From: Synechococcus sp. A15-24
GTDB lineage: Bacteria; Cyanobacteriota; Cyanobacteriia; PCC-6307; Cyanobiaceae
DNA length: 32,000 nucleotides
Reading direction: 5' to 3'
Assembly: GCF_014280195.1 (NCBI RefSeq)
Contig: NZ_CP047960.1
Coordinates: forward strand, 1,290,001-1,322,000
Part shown: in pieces, positions 31,889-32,000 of the stretch
Layout of the letters: the number at the start of each line of letters is the position of its first letter
How positions within the stretch are numbered: position 1 is the stretch's first letter
The notes under the pieces: generated by a model
What the model saw: only the letters and a program-made list of their open reading frames with translations
What the model was told of the DNA's origin: nothing
Databases searched by the model: none
Position numbers and translations under genes: made by a program

Positions 31889-32000
31889 ATGGACATCGGT
31901 CGGATTGTCGCCTCGCTTGTTATGTGCGGTCTCGGATGGGCCGGGTCCATCGCTGCTGCTGCGGATTCAGAGCTGCTCAACAGCGTCAAGCGCAACCCAC
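31889..32000 (+). CDS. Start of a secreted/exported protein (runs off the right edge)
   Basis: My translation is MDIGRIVASLVMCGLGWAGSIAAAADSELLNSVKRNP... It has a signal-peptide-like N-terminus with an AAA cleavage region. It is too short to classify. Confidence 0.35.
   Translation, partial: MDIGRIVASLVMCGLGWAGSIAAAADSELLNSVKRNP

Noticed and set aside
1-32000. A scan for CRISPR arrays, transposases, integrases, rRNA, or known defence systems (restriction-modification, toxin-antitoxin, CBASS, retron-like genes).
   Set aside because: No repeat-spacer periodicity was seen. No ORF has recognisable transposase, integrase, nuclease-methylase or reverse-transcriptase motifs. The window is essentially housekeeping genes plus small conserved hypotheticals.

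Overview
This window looks like a GC-rich chromosomal segment of a marine picocyanobacterium (Synechococcus-like). That call rests on gene content: psbA, ndhD, cp12, a ycf51-like gene, a TamB/TIC236-like giant protein and several cyanobacteria-restricted DUF families. It also fits the strong GC3 bias, which produces long antisense shadow ORFs.

Gene layout:
- The right two thirds (about 9.5-32 kb) is tightly packed housekeeping. It carries a DUF697 protein, a CDF transporter, trpS, thrS, glk, thrB, ndhD and prlC. It also carries a minus-strand string, TamB-like / ROK / proA / folB / hydrolase, joined by 4-nt gaps or overlaps.
- The left third (0.4-8.3 kb) runs up to a D1:1-type psbA. It is a mosaic of small conserved-hypothetical genes plus a cassette of visibly lower GC.
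- I found no rRNA, tRNA, CRISPR array, transposase or integrase.

Main leads:
1. A two-gene module occurs twice, about 4.5 kb apart and in opposite orientation (1379-2048 minus, 6395-7142 plus). Each copy is a 56-61 aa mini-protein followed by an AllA/ureidoglycolate-lyase-like cupin.
2. A low-GC three-ORF cassette sits at 4592-6057: a micro TM ORF, a DUF481-like outer-membrane barrel and an NTF2-like protein.
3. A Cys-rich micro-ORF and a TM micro-ORF on the minus strand are separated only by an in-frame TGA (7096-7413).
4. Four helically phased direct repeats lie upstream of psbA (9499-9542).
5. An RGG-repeat protein with a ribbon-helix-helix-like core lies just upstream of trpS (12431-13015).

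All family calls come from reading the translated ORFs and recalling motifs. No searches were run.
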